A stretch of DNA of 64,000 nt from Rhina ancylostomus (Eukaryota). Shown one piece after another: positions 36,783 through 49,655 of this stretch. The notes beneath the pieces were generated by a model that was not told the origin of the DNA, ran no database searches, and saw only the letters and a program-made list of their open reading frames with translations. The translations under genes and the position numbers were made by a program. The stretch is from positions 19,340,768 to 19,404,767 of the forward strand of contig JARFYF010000017.1 of assembly GCA_030265395.1 (NCBI GenBank), in the 5' to 3' direction. The number at the start of each line of letters is the position of its first letter. Position 1 is the stretch's first letter.

Positions 36783-37291
36783 TTAATTTCCTCGGATGGG
36801 AAGCACATTTCAAAAACCTGATTATTAGTCTGTAAAGGACCCTTGCTAATTTGGGTGGTGGGACAGTGTCAGTAGGGCATTGATTTCTGATACTTATATC
36901 ATAGAATGGTAGAACTCTCATCATTTTCTGTGTACTGGGTCCCTTATCTCAGCAATTTCATTAACAGGTAGAACTGATAAGATTTTGGCAGCTCTGCCCC
37001 ATCTTGGCAGCTCTAACAAAAGAAATTAATTGATGGGACACACAAGAGTTCTTCAGCAAACAATGTAGAAGATGGGGACAAGATCAAATATCCTTCCAAA
37101 AGAAACAATGAATAAATGTAATTGAAGAGAGAAGGTTTTACTTTAAGAATAAGTATGTTGATTTCATCTAATGTCTATAAATCAAACCAAGTGCTTAGAA
37201 AATCTAAATGCCACATTGCACCAGGTCCAAAGCTGGACTGTACCATCAGAGACAGATGCTCACAATCTATCTTCCCTGTTGCTTCCTCTGT

Positions 37292-37455
37292 TTGAAGTAA
37301 AAACAGAAAATGCTAAAAAACACTCAGCAAGTCAAAGACTTTCTGATGGAATGTAGCGGACCTGAAATGTTGGCTGTTTCTCTTTCCATTGATGCTGTCT
37401 GAGAGTTTTCAACATTCTGTTTTTATTTCAAATTCCCAGCATCTGCAGATGTTTG
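37292..37455. mobile_element. Collapsed Penelope pseudo-LTR palindrome
   Basis: tgaagtaaaaacagaaaatg pairs with cattctgtttttatttca, followed by cagcatctgcag. Confidence 0.6.
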
Positions 37456-37574
37456 GTGTTCTTCCTCTGTTTGAGTTGCTTGCCCATTTACAGGTGGAAT
37501 GGTTGAATTGGTTTGGATGTGATCTCTAATCTATTCCCTCATTTGTTACTTTCCTGTTTTCAACCATGATCAAC

Positions 37575-37990
37575 ACTTGCATTTACACAGAAACTTGCAC
37601 ACACTTAGCCCAAAGCACTCTACTGTGATTGAAGTATTTTTATAATGTGTCTCTTTTATTACAAAGGAAGTATGGCAGCATATTTGCAGAGTAAAAGCTC
37701 TCTATAGGGCATTATGATAATGACTAAACTTTAGTGATGTTCATCAAGAGATAATTACAGCAGAGAAAATTCCCCTGTTGCTCTTCAAAATAAAGTCATA
37801 AGATCTTTTACATCTGCCTCAGATAGGACTTGGGTTTATCATCTCACCTGAAAGGTGAAATCTCCAGTACGACAGTCATCCCTCAGTACTGCATCTGAAA
37901 GCCAGGATAGATTTTATGCTCAGATCTCTGGATTGACAGTAGAACTCACAACCTTTGAATCAGAGGTAAGAGGGCTACCCAGCTGGCATT
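37575..37990 (-). mobile_element. SacSINE1/Deu-SINE-like element
   Basis: cttgcatttacacag...cccaaagcactctac...tccctcagtactgca...acaacctttgaatcagagg is the reverse of the 19880 copy. Confidence 0.75.
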
Positions 37991-38329
37991 TGAAAAATCA
38001 GGAATCAGCCACTTTGGCAGTCTTGGACCTCCATACCTCTAATAAATCATTAGAAAACTAATGGGAAAGGCATTTAAGACAATCCGGCAAAGACAGTAGA
38101 AGTAAAGGAGGCCCCTAAAATTGCCTTCAGCAATTTGCAAACTAAAAATGTTTAGACATCAGTAAAGTTATTCACCAAGTAATGGTTATTCAACCTTCAG
38201 TTATTGAATTGTCTAGCCTTCTGTATAAACATTTTGCCAGATCTTTTCAAGTTAATAACCACAACTAGGCTTAAATACATTTAGAGACACAATGATGTAA
38301 TTCCAGTCTGGCATCATTGCAGAATTTAA

Positions 38330-39230
38330 AGAAAAATTTATATATCACCTTCTCAGAATCTCCCAAAGCTCCTTACAGCCAATTAACTATACTTTTGGCA
38401 TGGTTACTATTGCAGTGTAGAAAACACAACAGCAATTTGCACAATCTCTAACAAAGACCAATGCAATAAGACCAGATATTGGATTACAATTTGACAATGA
38501 CTCCAAAAAAAGGTTCAGACCTAGTTCATGACATTCCTCCCAATGAAAATGTATACACATACCTCTGGATCTACCTGTTCTTGTAACCCTTTTGGAAATG
38601 TGCCCTCCAATATTTGTTGTCTCTTCTCAGTCTTCCTACCAAAAGGTAACACTTCACATTTCAGTATTTATTCTCCCATGTATCCTACAAGCCCACCAGC
38701 CTTTTTATAGCTCTTTGATACTTACTGTCCTCAGTTCACCATACGTCCAAATTTTGTGTCATCTGCAGATTTGCAAATTGTGCCGTCTTTAAGCATTAGG
38801 GAAAATAGTTGTTCTATTACCAACCCCTTCGGAACTTCACCATCCACTTTCTTCTCATTTGAAACAGAGGGAAATACCAGACTTATAGAAAACAGGAACA
38901 CTGGGAACTGATGATATTTCCCCATAAAATCCTGGAATTCCTATTTTAATGATACTGAGTGAAGGATAAATACTGCCAGGGCATCAGATAAATATATCCC
39001 TAAACTCATTCTTAAAATAGCATCATGGGATTTTTTTTTAAATGCACACCTTAGAAAGCAAATGGGACTTTAGTTTATTATCTAAAATATGCCCTTCAAG
39101 AGTTAAACATTCCCTCAGTACACACATTGCAGTTCAGACTCAATCTTTATGCATAATTCTCTGGAGTGGGACTTGAAACCACAACCTTCCCATTCAGACT
39201 CAAGAGTGCAACCAAGGAAACCACAGCCAA
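38330..39230 (-). mobile_element. SacSINE1-like element split by a CR1 fragment (38560-38860)
   Basis: The 3' half (38330-38480) and 5' half (38950-39230) are colinear with 37575-37990. The insert reads ICKSADDTKFG on the minus strand (CR1 RT, KFADDTK). Confidence 0.7.
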
Positions 39231-41795
39231 CATATTTCAAAATGGTTTGCAAATTGGCTGTTGTGACAATTTCTCTCAATAGTATTATGATTGCACATGG
39301 ACACAAGTAAATTTTAGTGCTGTTCAACTCTTTTTGGATCCATTAGTCTTCTATTGGACTTTCTTACATTTATGATCAGAATTAAAATATAGACAGATAT
39401 TAAGGTGGAATATTGTATAGTGGCAAAAAAGTTAAGAGATTGAATCATATTAATTATTCCAAGTTTGTATTGTTACCCACTGTCATTGAAGATCAGCAGG
39501 AAAAAAAAGAATTCCAGAAAGAAACCCGAATGAAGAATTAATTGTTGATTTAGTGAATCTTTACTATTCTACTGATTCTTTTCTGCTATTAGAGCTTGTG
39601 CACATTGGAGGACTATTCATCATGTTCATTATGAATCCCAAGTAAACTGGGAGGTTTGAGTGGGCATAAGTGAGCTGAGGAAAAAAGTAGAAAAGAGAAA
39701 TACAAATTGACTTCCATGAGATATCACATATTTACAGATTGTAACATACATCAAAAATCTATTTCCACCATTTGGAAGCTAAATCAGAAATTTCTTGAAA
39801 TTATTAAGTGCATGTTTTGGTTAAGTGATAAGATAAACCAAAAAGCTGATGAAGGCATTGCACAAAGTTCCTTCACACTTTGAGATCTCAACAGCAGCAT
39901 TTGAAACTGAAGGAAAATATCTTCATATAATTTAATGAAAACAATAGTTTTATATTTACTTGAATTCCCAGAATGCTTTTGTAACTTGTTCAGTTATGTG
40001 TGTATATGTGAAAAACTGCAACTAGATGAATGCTTGGTGACTGACGCTTATTGTTTCCTGTGTATTGAAAATGCTCACTGCCATTTGGTATGACACAAAA
40101 ACACATTCCAAGGAGGAAACAGCCAAGAAAGCATTCTCTTGACCTCTATCAGAAGGTGAAAGTTTAATAATACAGAGAATTGAAGGTTCTCAGTGCTCTT
40201 TCCTTTATACTCCAGGCTACATTCTGCTGGCCTTCTAATGTTAAACTGTTTAAACAAGAGAGTTTCCTTGTTTTTTTAACCCTGTTTCTAGATCCCTCCC
40301 TTCTCGGCCTTTCATCCCTTGCCTCACAGCTGATCTAGTTGATCTGTCGGCATGAATGCCAATCTCCGAGGGAGCTGTGCGTGCCTAAAGGTGGCTTTGG
40401 GTGAGCTGGACTCCCAGCAGGGAACTGCATTCTATGTTTTCAACAGTTCGCTTGCTGGAAACGGATGAAATGTATTACTTATGTGACTAGCAGGAATGTT
40501 GGAATGTCAGGCTTTACCGGAGACCAAATCTGCAGCAGCTGAGGTGTGTTTTAAGTAGCATTTTATAATGCCACAAAACAAGTTTACAGGTCTCCTGAGC
40601 TTATCAACGTTAATCTATAAAAACCTTGGTGGTTTTACCATGTAAACGTTGTGATGGATTGCCAAGATAGACGAATGCATACATGATATCACAATATTTG
40701 GTCAAATTCACACATCCAGTTCACATATAACCACATTACAAATAAAGTTCTAATTAGGTGTCAACTTCTGGAAGTATTTCCTAAATAATTAGTGATGGCA
40801 GGAATAGTTCCATATGACTATGAGTTCCTAGTTTAAGACGGACCATAATATGGTGCTACCGTTACTTGGAAAATTATTGAAGACAACAGGAATGACAAAT
40901 GTATATACCACTGATGCAGTAGGAAAAGCCTGTATATACAGTGGCAGAGAAATGTGTGACATACTATGCTTCAGGCTTATATTACATTTTGCCAGGAAAT
41001 ATTCAGTTCTCAAAGTGTCACAGCCATTCATTCCCTTTGCAATTGTTCACCTTAATGAGTGGACAAAAGGACAATGCATATGGATCTGAAAATTTTACAT
41101 TTGCTTTTGAGATACCTGTTGTCTAAAGAAAGAGTTACCAAGTTACTTTTCCGCACTTGTCAGGGGATGAAAATTATTCCAATTTTAGTTCTACCCTATA
41201 AATGGAACATTTGATTTAGTGGAAGAAAACAAATGTGATTTGTGGCAGCTTTGTTCCTGTAAAATCTTTTCACGCTGGTATTTGTGCTCTGGTTATTTTT
41301 AATTCAGGATTGCCTGAGGTAATAGACAATGAAAGCATCAATAGTATCTAATTACCTCTGATGATGAGGTTACCAGTATTTGTTTGGTGTCTATTGTTGT
41401 CTTCATTGGTTTTGATTAAATTTCCCTTTTCCACATTTTAATATAACTCCAATCTTAGTTGTGTCACTAATTGCATTAGAGAAAGCATAACTGATTACAT
41501 TGTGCCCTGTATAAAACAGTTTTTTTTTTGCACGCTTTCCTTTTGTACATTCATAAATTAGATCACATCTGTTTGGGAACAATTAGTGACTGGCATTAAT
41601 GTAAAACATGAGTAATATGATATCCACCTCTTTCGTAGTGACCATTGCTGCATCTCAGTGTCCCAGAGGGTACTATAGTAAGAGAAATAGATGTCGTACT
41701 GTTATGAGAAGCATCAGGGTCAAATTACAGCAGGCTGATTAATCCCACATCTCCCTCAAGGCCCTTCACCTGAAGTGAGCCCTTCGTCATTACCA

Positions 41796-42629
41796 CTATA
41801 GATGACATTAGAACGTATTTCCTAATCCCAGCTGTTCACACGTGAGAAGAACATTTGTGAAATAACTTTGTTCTATTAAGTTTACCTTAATCTNNNNNNN
41901 NNNNNNNNNNNNNNNNNNNNNNNNNNNNNNNNNNNNNNNNNNCAGGATTTTGCTCGACTCCTACTATCATTTTCATTGGGAGTTTTTGCAGCATTTTAAT
42001 CTAATGAAAATTCTAATAAGTCTATGCATCATTAGCATGTAATTTGGCATGTTAAATATCTTCACTGCATGAAGAATGTGATTGCCCAGCATTTAGCTTC
42101 ATTAAAGCACTTTGCATTGGACTAGAGCAGAGAATATAATTTTCTCTGTAAAATGCAAAGTACTAACCACTTGCATGAAGATGTACATTGGCTTCACTTT
42201 GCCTGAAACCTTTTATTTTATACTGGATAAGATGGCTGGTAGAAACCAGTTGGACTCACATGAAGGAAAAGTAAGCATTTTGCAACCAAATGTAACCTAA
42301 CCCATTTTATCTTTAAGTAACTTCGTGGCAATATAGTTGCATAGCAGAGTAACTAATTAGTGTCTCCAGGAACATTGGTGAATAATAATTTTATTACTTC
42401 AGAATTTCTGGTAAATTTGTCATTACTTCCAATCCTGATAATAGGAAAGAAAGGAGAAAAATAAAAAAGGAAACATTCTTAAGTACTTTAGAGATGCCTG
42501 GTATCAAATGGAAAAAAGTTGCTATTTCAGCAGATTAAGGTTAACTTAATAGAACAAAGTTATTTCACAAATGCTCTTCTCACGTGCGAACAGCTAGGAT
42601 TAGGAAATATGTTCTAATGTCATCTATAG
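41796..42629. repeat. Long inverted repeat: 98-bp arms at 41796-41893 and 42532-42629
   Basis: The arms are reverse complements with 5 mismatches and no indels; the left arm runs directly into a 49-N run. Confidence 0.95.
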
Positions 42630-44199
42630 AGATGTTAGTTCACTTTTGCCAGAGAACTAACTTATTGAAAAGGCAAGATTGGTAGAAACGTCAGATTAAA
42701 ATTAGAAGGAAGAGTCATAGAAAATAAAAGGAATGGAGAAGGATAAAAGTAGGAGCAAAGTTATGTGTTTTTAAATTTTCTTTGGTTAGAAATCACAATG
42801 CAACACAGCACTTCTGCTATTTGATTTACCATTATGGTAATAAATGAAAACTTCTGAAATTGTCTGGCCTGAATTATGGAATTCACTGGACCTGCCAGCA
42901 GTCACTGGGTTTATGGACTTCTGTTGAAAGCTGGTAAAAGTAAAAACAAAAATATACAACAGTTTCAAGTACAAAATCTGAAACAACAAGCTCTATATTT
43001 GCCATGGTCTATTGGGTACTTTTTTTAAAAAAAGAAATCTGTGTTCTTGTCATTGGAAATATGGTGTTCAAAGATTATTCCATCCAGATGAGGAGAGACT
43101 ATGTAACCAGCAATGTTAATAGAAATAGCACTGCCTGCATTGAAAGAGATGGAAAGATCAGANNNNNNNNNNAAAAATCAATGAAGAGGTTTGTGGTCTT
43201 AAAGCACTGCCTCAGGCTATCCTACAGCCCAGTTGTTACCAGCGAGGCCTTCACTGCCTGTAGTCTGTCTGTTGGCCTTTACTGGATATTGGAATCCAGC
43301 AAAAAAAAGTACAACATAGACATCAAAGTGAAAGCTTATCCCCATGGAGATTACTGACTACTACAGATGCAGCAGGGGTTGACTGGAACAAATATGCATT
43401 GTTTTGGTTCTTAGATTTGTAATTACTATCTGCTGTGGTGAAAAGTTTGTGAATAATGTTCACATTCTCACTGATATTGATATTAAGTTGCAAGTATAGG
43501 TACATAAGGAATATTTTGAAGATTAATGGCTAATGATAAAATAAATATATCATAATACTTACGCTTACCATTTAAGAATGATCTAATTTAAGTTACATGA
43601 GCCTCCCTTTATGCAGCTGCCAAATCTCTGCAGTGTATCCATACTATTTTTGAAGGGCCCTTGGCTGATTCTCTGGAGTTTATTAAGGTGGGTGATAACA
43701 GAACTGGTGAATTAAACATGCTTATGTCTGTTGTTCTACTTTTCGTGACTATAATTGGCTCTGTTAGGTTTCTGCGATCTCCATTTCTATCGATACTACC
43801 TAGGCAGCATAACCTACCACCTCCAGCTGCTTCATCAATGACCTTNNNNNNNNNNNNNNNNNNNNNNNNNNNNNNNNNNNNNNNNNNNNNNNNNNNNNNN
43901 NNNNNNNNNNNNNNNNNNNNNNNNNNNNNNNNNNNNNNNNNNNNNNNNNNNNNNNNNNNNNNNNNNNNNNNNNNNNNNNNNNNNNNNNNNNNNNNNNNNN
44001 NNNNNNNNNNNNNNNNNNNNNNNNNNNNNNNNNNNNNNNNNNNNNNNNNNNNNNNNNNNNNNNNNNNNNNNNNNNNNNNNNNNNNNNNNNNNNNNNNNNN
44101 NNNNNNNNNNNNNNNNNNNNNNNNNNNNNNNNNNNNNNNNNNNNNNNNNNNNNNNNNNNNNNNNNNNNNNNNNNNNNNNNNNNNNNNNNNNNNNNNCTA

Positions 44200-44685
44200 C
44201 ATCATCAACAAGGCATGTCAGGAGGATGATGAAATAATCTCCACATACATGGATGAAAGCAATTCCAACATCATTCAAGAGGCTTGGTACCATCCAGAAC
44301 AAAGCAGCCCTAGACATTCACTTGCTCACCACCAGAGTAACAGCTGCTGTGTGCATCATCTACAAAAAGCACCGTGGTTACTTACCTAGGCTACCCAACA
44401 ACACTTCCAAACCCATGACCCTCCATCACCAATGAGGACCAGGGCAGCAGGCCCCCAAGATACTACCATTTGTAGTTTTCCCTCCAACCATTCTGATTCG
44501 GGTATTATTACCAGACTTAAGTCTAAATCCTGGAACTCCCTCCACAACTGCACTGTGGGAGCATCTTTACCAGAAGGACTACAAAGGATCAACATGGTGG
44601 TCCACTATCATCTTAGGGGCAATTATGGATGGGCCATTAATGCTAGGCCATGCCAGTGATGCTCATGAAAATTAATAACAAAAGA
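44200..44685 (+). mobile_element. CR1/L2-group LINE 3' end
   Basis: LGTIQNKAA..HLLTTRVTAAVCIIYKKH, cctggaactccctcc, and tail gggcaattatggatgggccattaatgctaggcc. Confidence 0.7.
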
Positions 44686-44944
44686 TCTATTTGCCATTAA
44701 CCTTTATGTATAACCCCATTGTTCTGTGATGGCCAATCACTATCTAAGGGATGTCTTTCCTTTGGGCTACTCAGTGAATAATTTCAGTGGCCCTGGAGTC
44801 AGAACATCTTGCCCTGGGCAATAATTACTGGCACTGCCACCATCATTCACTTTCCAAATAATGAAGAATTGAATAAAAATCCAATTTATTCCAGTGGTAC
44901 ATGGCAAATCATAGTTGTGTGAATAAAATAGAGAAGTTGTGATG

Positions 44945-45360
44945 TTCAGCACAGCTTTGTGGGCTGAAGGGCCTGAACTGTGCTGTAGGTTTTCTATGTT
45001 TGTAATGGAGCAGAAAAGACCAAGTGGTGATTTAATAAAATCGTGAAGATTTTAGACAGTGTAAATAAATAGATATCTTTTCCACTGCTGAGGGTCTATA
45101 ATGAGAGAATTTGGATTTAACATGATTGGCAAAATAGCCAAGGGCATCACTGAGTAAGTGATTAGCATTTGGCATAGAATGCCTGAAAGAATGGTTGGTA
45201 TAGATTCAATAGCACCCTTCAAAAGGAACAAAAATTCATCAAGGAGAAAAAGATATGGTGAAAGGGCAGGGGAGTGGGACCAACTGAATTGTTCATTGAA
45301 AGAAATAGCACAAAGCTGATGTATGCTGAGGCCACCTTCTGTAATGTATTATTCTGTTTT
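44945..45360 (+). mobile_element. CR1 3' fragments
   Basis: gtgggctgaagggcctgaactgtgctgtaggtttctatg, and a second older 3' end ending ccttctgtaatgtattattct. Confidence 0.65.
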
Positions 45361-46934
45361 AAGATAACTATTCTGCTTAATGGCTCAAAATCCAGTATTA
45401 TATGGCTTTCAAATTAATGTCAGTATAAGTAATAATATTGTGATGAGGCTAGCACAATAACTTCTTGTACCATCTTTTCTGGCCTTGTTTCCCAAGGATT
45501 TAGCATCATCTCAGAGTTTATGATCTGCTTGCCAATAATGCTCCAATAAAATTGCAGGAGCAGCTCACATGAGAATCAGTAACCCACATCTCCAGTGCTA
45601 AACCTTCCACATCCCACTCATACGATACTGTTCTACACATTTTCAGCACGATGTCATTCTAAATTGAAACCTGAATTTGATATAGCAGATCCAGTTCTAA
45701 TGCAATTAACCCATTCCTACTACATACCCTAGGGTTTCATAATTACTGAAAGTGGTGTTCTGGTAAAGAGCAGCGCTGTTCAATTTGCACATTAATAAAG
45801 TATATTTTATTCAAAACTCCATACAAAATTAAAAGTACTAATAAATTTGATATTAACATTATTATAGTAATAGAATTTTGAGGGAGCCAAGTTCGAGACA
45901 CTTTTGGAAGCTCTGAGATTCTAAGTGAGTAAAATTTTGGAACTTACTTTCTATTACTTCAATTAAGATTAATTGTAAAGTTTGCTTTTGAACCAGAGGT
46001 AGTCATTGTATCTCAGGACTATAACAATAAACATACTCTAGAACTCTAGTTCCTCACTCTAGAACATACTACTGTGCTAGCAATCCCCTTTTAACCAGCA
46101 ACCTGAAAACTTAAGCAATCCTTTCTGTTCTAACCTGAAAATTACCTGTAGAACTAAATTCTAATCCAGGCATGCTGACCATTAAGGTTGCAATCTTTCC
46201 AGAAGTTGGACTTTGGAAACCAATTGGTAATACTCCCATGTAAAGCACTTCCCATAGAGGGAGCCCTTCCAGGAAACACACATCTAGTATTCCCATTTCA
46301 GTCTAGTTTTTCACTTTGAAGCACAAAAGCTTGCATCAGTCATGTTGCTAAAATAGGCTCTTACCAACTTTAATGTTTAAATTGGTGAGAGATAAACAAA
46401 AATACCAACTACTTGCAAGAGTACAAACCTGGGTTAAGATTGAAGATGTATGGTAATTACAAACTTTAATTCCACCCAGCAATTCGTACCTCTTAACAAT
46501 ATAAAATTTGTCCCTGAAAAAAAACATTTTCTTACTTTTATGAAATTGAAATCCACAGGTTTTGTGTCTAATGCAATGATTGTGCTGGCTGCTGGAAATA
46601 CAGGTTGCTTCCTTGCAACCACAGACTCAGAAGTTAAGACAGAGGTACCCGATCCTGAAATCATTTTGCTATTCATTGAAGATGGCTTGAGATTGGTATT
46701 CATTAAAGCTTTGTTCACAAAGTGAAATTACTTGAATGTTGTCCAGTCATAGTCAAGAACAGTGATTATTCTATCCCACGGGTCAATAGTGACCAAGGCT
46801 TCCAGAAGTGAATCACAACAATTAAAGCAATTGTTACAACCAACTGCATTATCCACCATGTGCAGTAACATTTAAACGCACTTAGAAAATTTCAGTAGCA
46901 CTGGAGAAAAAAAAGACGTTAAGTATAGCAGATT

Positions 46935-47272
46935 TTGGACAGGTGCAAAAATAACAGGGTTGTCGTCATGGGTGGCTTCAACTCTCAAATATTGATTGGC
47001 GCCTCCTTAGTGCAAAAATGTTTAGATGGGGCAGAATTTGTTAGGTATGTCCAGGAAGGATTGCTGACACAGTATGTAGACAGGCCGACTAAAGGAGAGG
47101 CCATACTGGATCTGGTGACAGACCTCTCAGTGGGAGACCATTTCGGGGACAGTGACCACAACTCTCTGACCTTTAACATAGCTATGGACAAGGATAGGAG
47201 CAGACATTACGGGAAAGTATTTAATTGGGGGAGGGCAAATTATGATGGTATTAGGCAGGAACTTGGGAGCAT
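46935..47272 (+). mobile_element. CR1 endonuclease-domain fragment
   Basis: VVVMGGFN, LTQYVDRPTKGEAILDLV and GDHFGDSDHNSL (APE SDH motif); ends at a 100-N gap. Confidence 0.9.
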
Positions 47273-47372
47273 NNNNNNNNNNNNNNNNNNNNNNNNNNNN
47301 NNNNNNNNNNNNNNNNNNNNNNNNNNNNNNNNNNNNNNNNNNNNNNNNNNNNNNNNNNNNNNNNNNNNNNNN

Positions 47373-48207
47373 AGCTTGGTGACATGGTGTCATGACAATA
47401 ACCTTTCCCTCAATGTTAGTAAAACAAAAGAGCTGGTCATTGATTTCAGGAAAGGGAGCATGTGCTCCTGTCTACATCAATGGTGCTGAGGTCAAGGGGA
47501 TTGAGAGCTTCAAGTGCCTAGGAGTGAATATCACCAATAGCCTGTCCTGGTCCAACCGCGTAGACGCCACGGCCAGGAAAGCTCACCAGCACCTCTACTT
47601 CCTCGAGGCTGGAGAAATTTGGCATGTCCCCTTTGACACTCACCAATTTTTATCGATGCACCATAGAAGGCATCCAACTTGGATTCATCATGGCTTGGTA
47701 TGGCAGCTGCTCTGCCCAAGACTACAAGAAACTGCAGAAAGTTGTGGACTCTGCGCAGGACATCATGGAAACCAGCCTCCCCTCCATGGAGTCTGTCTAA
47801 ACTTATTGCCTCTGTAAAGCAGCCAACATAATCAAAGACGCCACTCATTCTGGATATTCTCTCTTCTCCCCTCTCCTATTGGGCAGAAGATACAAAAGTC
47901 TGATGGCACGTACCACCAGACTCAAGGACAGCTTCTACCCCACGGTTACAAGACTGTTGAACACTTACCTAGAATGATAAGATGGACTCTTGACCTCTCA
48001 ATCTAGCTCATTATGACCTTGCACCTTATTGTCTACCTGCACTGCACTACACTTTCTTGGTAGCTGTGACACTTTATTCTGAAATTCTGTATTGTTCGAC
48101 CTTGTACTACCTCAATGTACTGTGTAATGAATTGATCTGTATGAACAGTATGCAAGATAGGTTTTTCACTGTACCTTGGCACAAGTGACAATAATATTCC
48201 AATTCCA
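47373..48207 (+). mobile_element. Rex1/Babar LINE 3' fragment
   Basis: WCHDNNLSLNVSKTKELVIDFRK and ESFKCLGVNITNSLSW, with a full 3' UTR ending tttcactgtaccttggcacaagtgacaataatattccaattcc. Confidence 0.9.
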
Positions 48208-49117
48208 AGTGTTTGGTATCAGGGTCTTCCCACTACAATGGATATGGGAGGATATTTGATGACTGAAGCAGGTTGACAAGTTGTTTTTGAACTTTGGACA
48301 CATAAAGGCCTGGTTCATTGGTACTTCAGTTATTTTTAATATCTGTGTTGCTTTTTCTTTTTCTTTAAAAAAAAGGCTAGTTTGGATGGATTTTGCTGCA
48401 AAGCACAACCCTTCAACACCATGTACTACAGGCCTGGTTCACCAGACTTTTTTCCCAGAATTTTTGTTAAAATTTCAGGTTATTTTTGAAAAAGATGGCA
48501 AGTCAAATTACTCTCCCTCCAGTAATTTTACTGTATTGGTCTCTGTACAAGTCAAGGGCTATTGTTAATTTGGGTTAAAATGACCAAGAAAATCTGAACC
48601 AAGAGTGGTTTATGCTAATTTCAAATGTTTACTTTTGCTTTTTTTTGTATGTCTGGTCTGAGGTAATGAGATAGCCTTTAATTCTCTGCACTTTCACGAT
48701 TCTTTTGCTGATGGCCTTTTATCCCTCTCTTTCCATCTCGTTGGAGAGATCAAGTGGAGTAACTGTCACAGCTGAAGGAATAAATCTTTATCTTCCAGTC
48801 AATCAATCACCAATACAGTTCCACAAGATGGCCCTGGCTAGTTCAGTATCTTTCTTCCTCAAGAATCTCTGAAAAGAGGAAAAACCTCAGCAGTAAATAA
48901 GTTTCACTGTGTGATAACAATATGCAATCTAGGATATCTAAAGCTTTTACCTTTTTACTTCCTGATATATATTCCATACCTTTTTTTTCATGCATCCTCC
49001 ATTCCCCAGATATTTTGAATGCATATAATATTGAAATTTTGTTTGAACATTTAAACTTGTTTGTTAATTTTGTGAAGCAATATTGAATGTGTTTAACTTG
49101 TTGCTTGCTCTGTGCAG

Positions 49118-49259
49118 CTATTTGTATTATTCAGCGCAGAGGAGTTAGTCATTCACCTGCGGCAGGTTCTGGAGACCCATGAGGTGAACTGGCAGAATGT
49201 TCTATCCTGTGCTTCTACCTTGTTGGTCTGTCAACCACAGACCCAACAGCTATTGAAAG
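49118..49259 (+). CDS. FANCA: Internal coding exon of Fanconi anemia group A protein (orthologous to human exon 13)
   Basis: Acceptor ttgcttgctctgtgcag| with a branch-like tttaac upstream and donor AAAG|gtatga. 142 nt, phase 0 to phase 1. Translation [47 protein letters not shown] aligns without gaps to human FANCA as I recall it ([47 protein letters not shown]). Absent from the ORF track because it is a short exon. Confidence 0.95.
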
Positions 49260-49357
49260 GTATGAAAATGACTTGGGTAAGGTGATAGTAGTGTAAATTG
49301 ATTTGGTGTATCAAGTGATACTAAAAATGTTTCCTTGTACAGTCGCATTTGATTAAA

Positions 49358-49655
49358 GGTGGCCTAGATAACTGGACTAACAAAGCAGAGGCCAAGACTG
49401 ATAATTCAAAGATCCAGGTTCAAGTCCCACCTGGAATTTGAATTCAGTTCATAATTTTTTTTTCAACAAAGGCATTGATAATGATGACCACTACCATCTG
49501 GTTTAGGGAAGAAAATCTGTGACCCTTTAGTCTGTGCTTTGTAACTCCAGATTCACTTGTGAGATTAACTTGTAAATGCTTTTGAAGTGGCCTAGCAAGT
49601 CACTTGGCATAAGGACAATTGATGACTGGCAACAAATCCTTAAGAATAAATAAGT
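49358..49655 (+). mobile_element. tRNA-derived SINE about 100 bp downstream of the FANCA exon
   Basis: ggtggcctagataactggactaa, B-box ggttcaagtccc, ttagggaagaaaatctg, and gtggcctagcaagtcact..aaggacaatt. Confidence 0.7.

Noticed and set aside
40296-40375. Possible pre-miRNA-like hairpin
   Set aside because: Pairing needs many bulges and I recognise no known mature miRNA.
40850-41089. ORF containing VLKVS, like the end of FANCA exon 11
   Set aside because: No GT donor after the motif and the upstream residues do not align.
41794-41800. CACTA terminus suggesting an EnSpm/CACTA element
   Set aside because: The right end reads TAGAG rather than TAGTG and no matching TSD is present, so the superfamily is left unassigned.
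46935-48207. Apparent CR1-endonuclease/Rex1-RT chimeric ORF (46935-47489)
   Set aside because: The junction is a 100-N unsized gap, so the fusion is an artefact of translating through Ns.
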